Source of the DNA: Rhizophagus irregularis
Lineage: Eukaryota
DNA: 64,000 nt
Direction: 5' to 3'
Assembly: GCF_026210795.1 (NCBI RefSeq)
Contig: NC_089432.1
Location: 3,782,001 to 3,846,000 of the forward strand
The notes beneath the pieces are model-generated. The model was not told the DNA's origin and ran no database searches. It saw only the letters and a list, made by a program, of their open reading frames with translations. Shown here one piece after another: positions 63,643 to 64,000 of this stretch (position 1 is the stretch's first letter; each line of letters starts with the position of its first letter). Both the position numbers and the translations under genes were made by a program.

Positions 63643-64000
63643 CCCGCCCCGGAATTTTTTTTTTTATTTTAATAATTTTAAATAGATGTATATATATGCT
63701 TATATATACATATATATATATCTATTAACTAATACTTTACGAAAAGCCCTTCCTCTGTAAACAGGTAGAGGCCATAAAGTACCTATAGGGGGAGAGCCAT
63801 TGCTGCTTCCTCCACCTGTTTATAGTGATAAAAAGAGGGAGTCTTCAGTGGTAAGGTTTAGTACTAAATTAAACATCATAACACATCGTGTTGATACATT
63901 GTTTATATTAACAATGTGATTTAATGTTAAATAATTCATTTAGAATATAAATATTATAAATTTAATAATGTTTGTAATTTACAAATAAATAAAAATAAAA

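Noticed and set aside
1..64000. tRNA/rRNA genes
   Set aside because: No cloverleaf with D/T-loop consensus or rRNA-like GC-rich segment recognised by eye; tRNAscan-SE/Infernal would be needed to exclude them.

Overview
Very AT-rich, intron-containing eukaryotic DNA. The gene content (TKL kinase-Sel1 genes, secreted ML-domain genes) strongly suggests an arbuscular mycorrhizal fungus (Glomeromycota, Rhizophagus-like); this is an inference. Apparently intact genes: a secreted ML/NPC2-domain lipid-binding protein (12957-13448, -), two tandem 5-exon TKL kinase-Sel1 genes (29121-31300 and 34601-36985, -), and a 7-exon kinesin-4-like gene (39122-44230, +) whose ancestral C-terminal tail appears to have been cut off by a 10-bp deletion. 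Pseudogenes: a second ML copy, a Sel1 fragment fused head-to-head to a decayed kinesin duplicate, kinase 5' fragments and an EnSpm/CACTA transposase. The rest is a dense patchwork of DNA transposons (Tc1, pogo-like, hAT, MULE and CACTA-type MITEs, non-autonomous Helitrons), including a nested cluster at 49.4-61.2 kb that holds a ~3.9-kb satellite. The most unusual signal is a family of apparently non-coding intron/micro-exon arrays at five loci. The best-preserved one (61.4-63.2 kb, -) has 14 short canonical GT-AG introns separated by 25-43-nt exons. Most of its introns carry two covarying hairpins, one over the 5' splice site and one over the branch point. Three of the loci share all or part of an upstream motif. 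One array lies inside a Helitron and two are fused to a kinase 5' fragment. Coordinates were counted by eye and may be off by a few bases.
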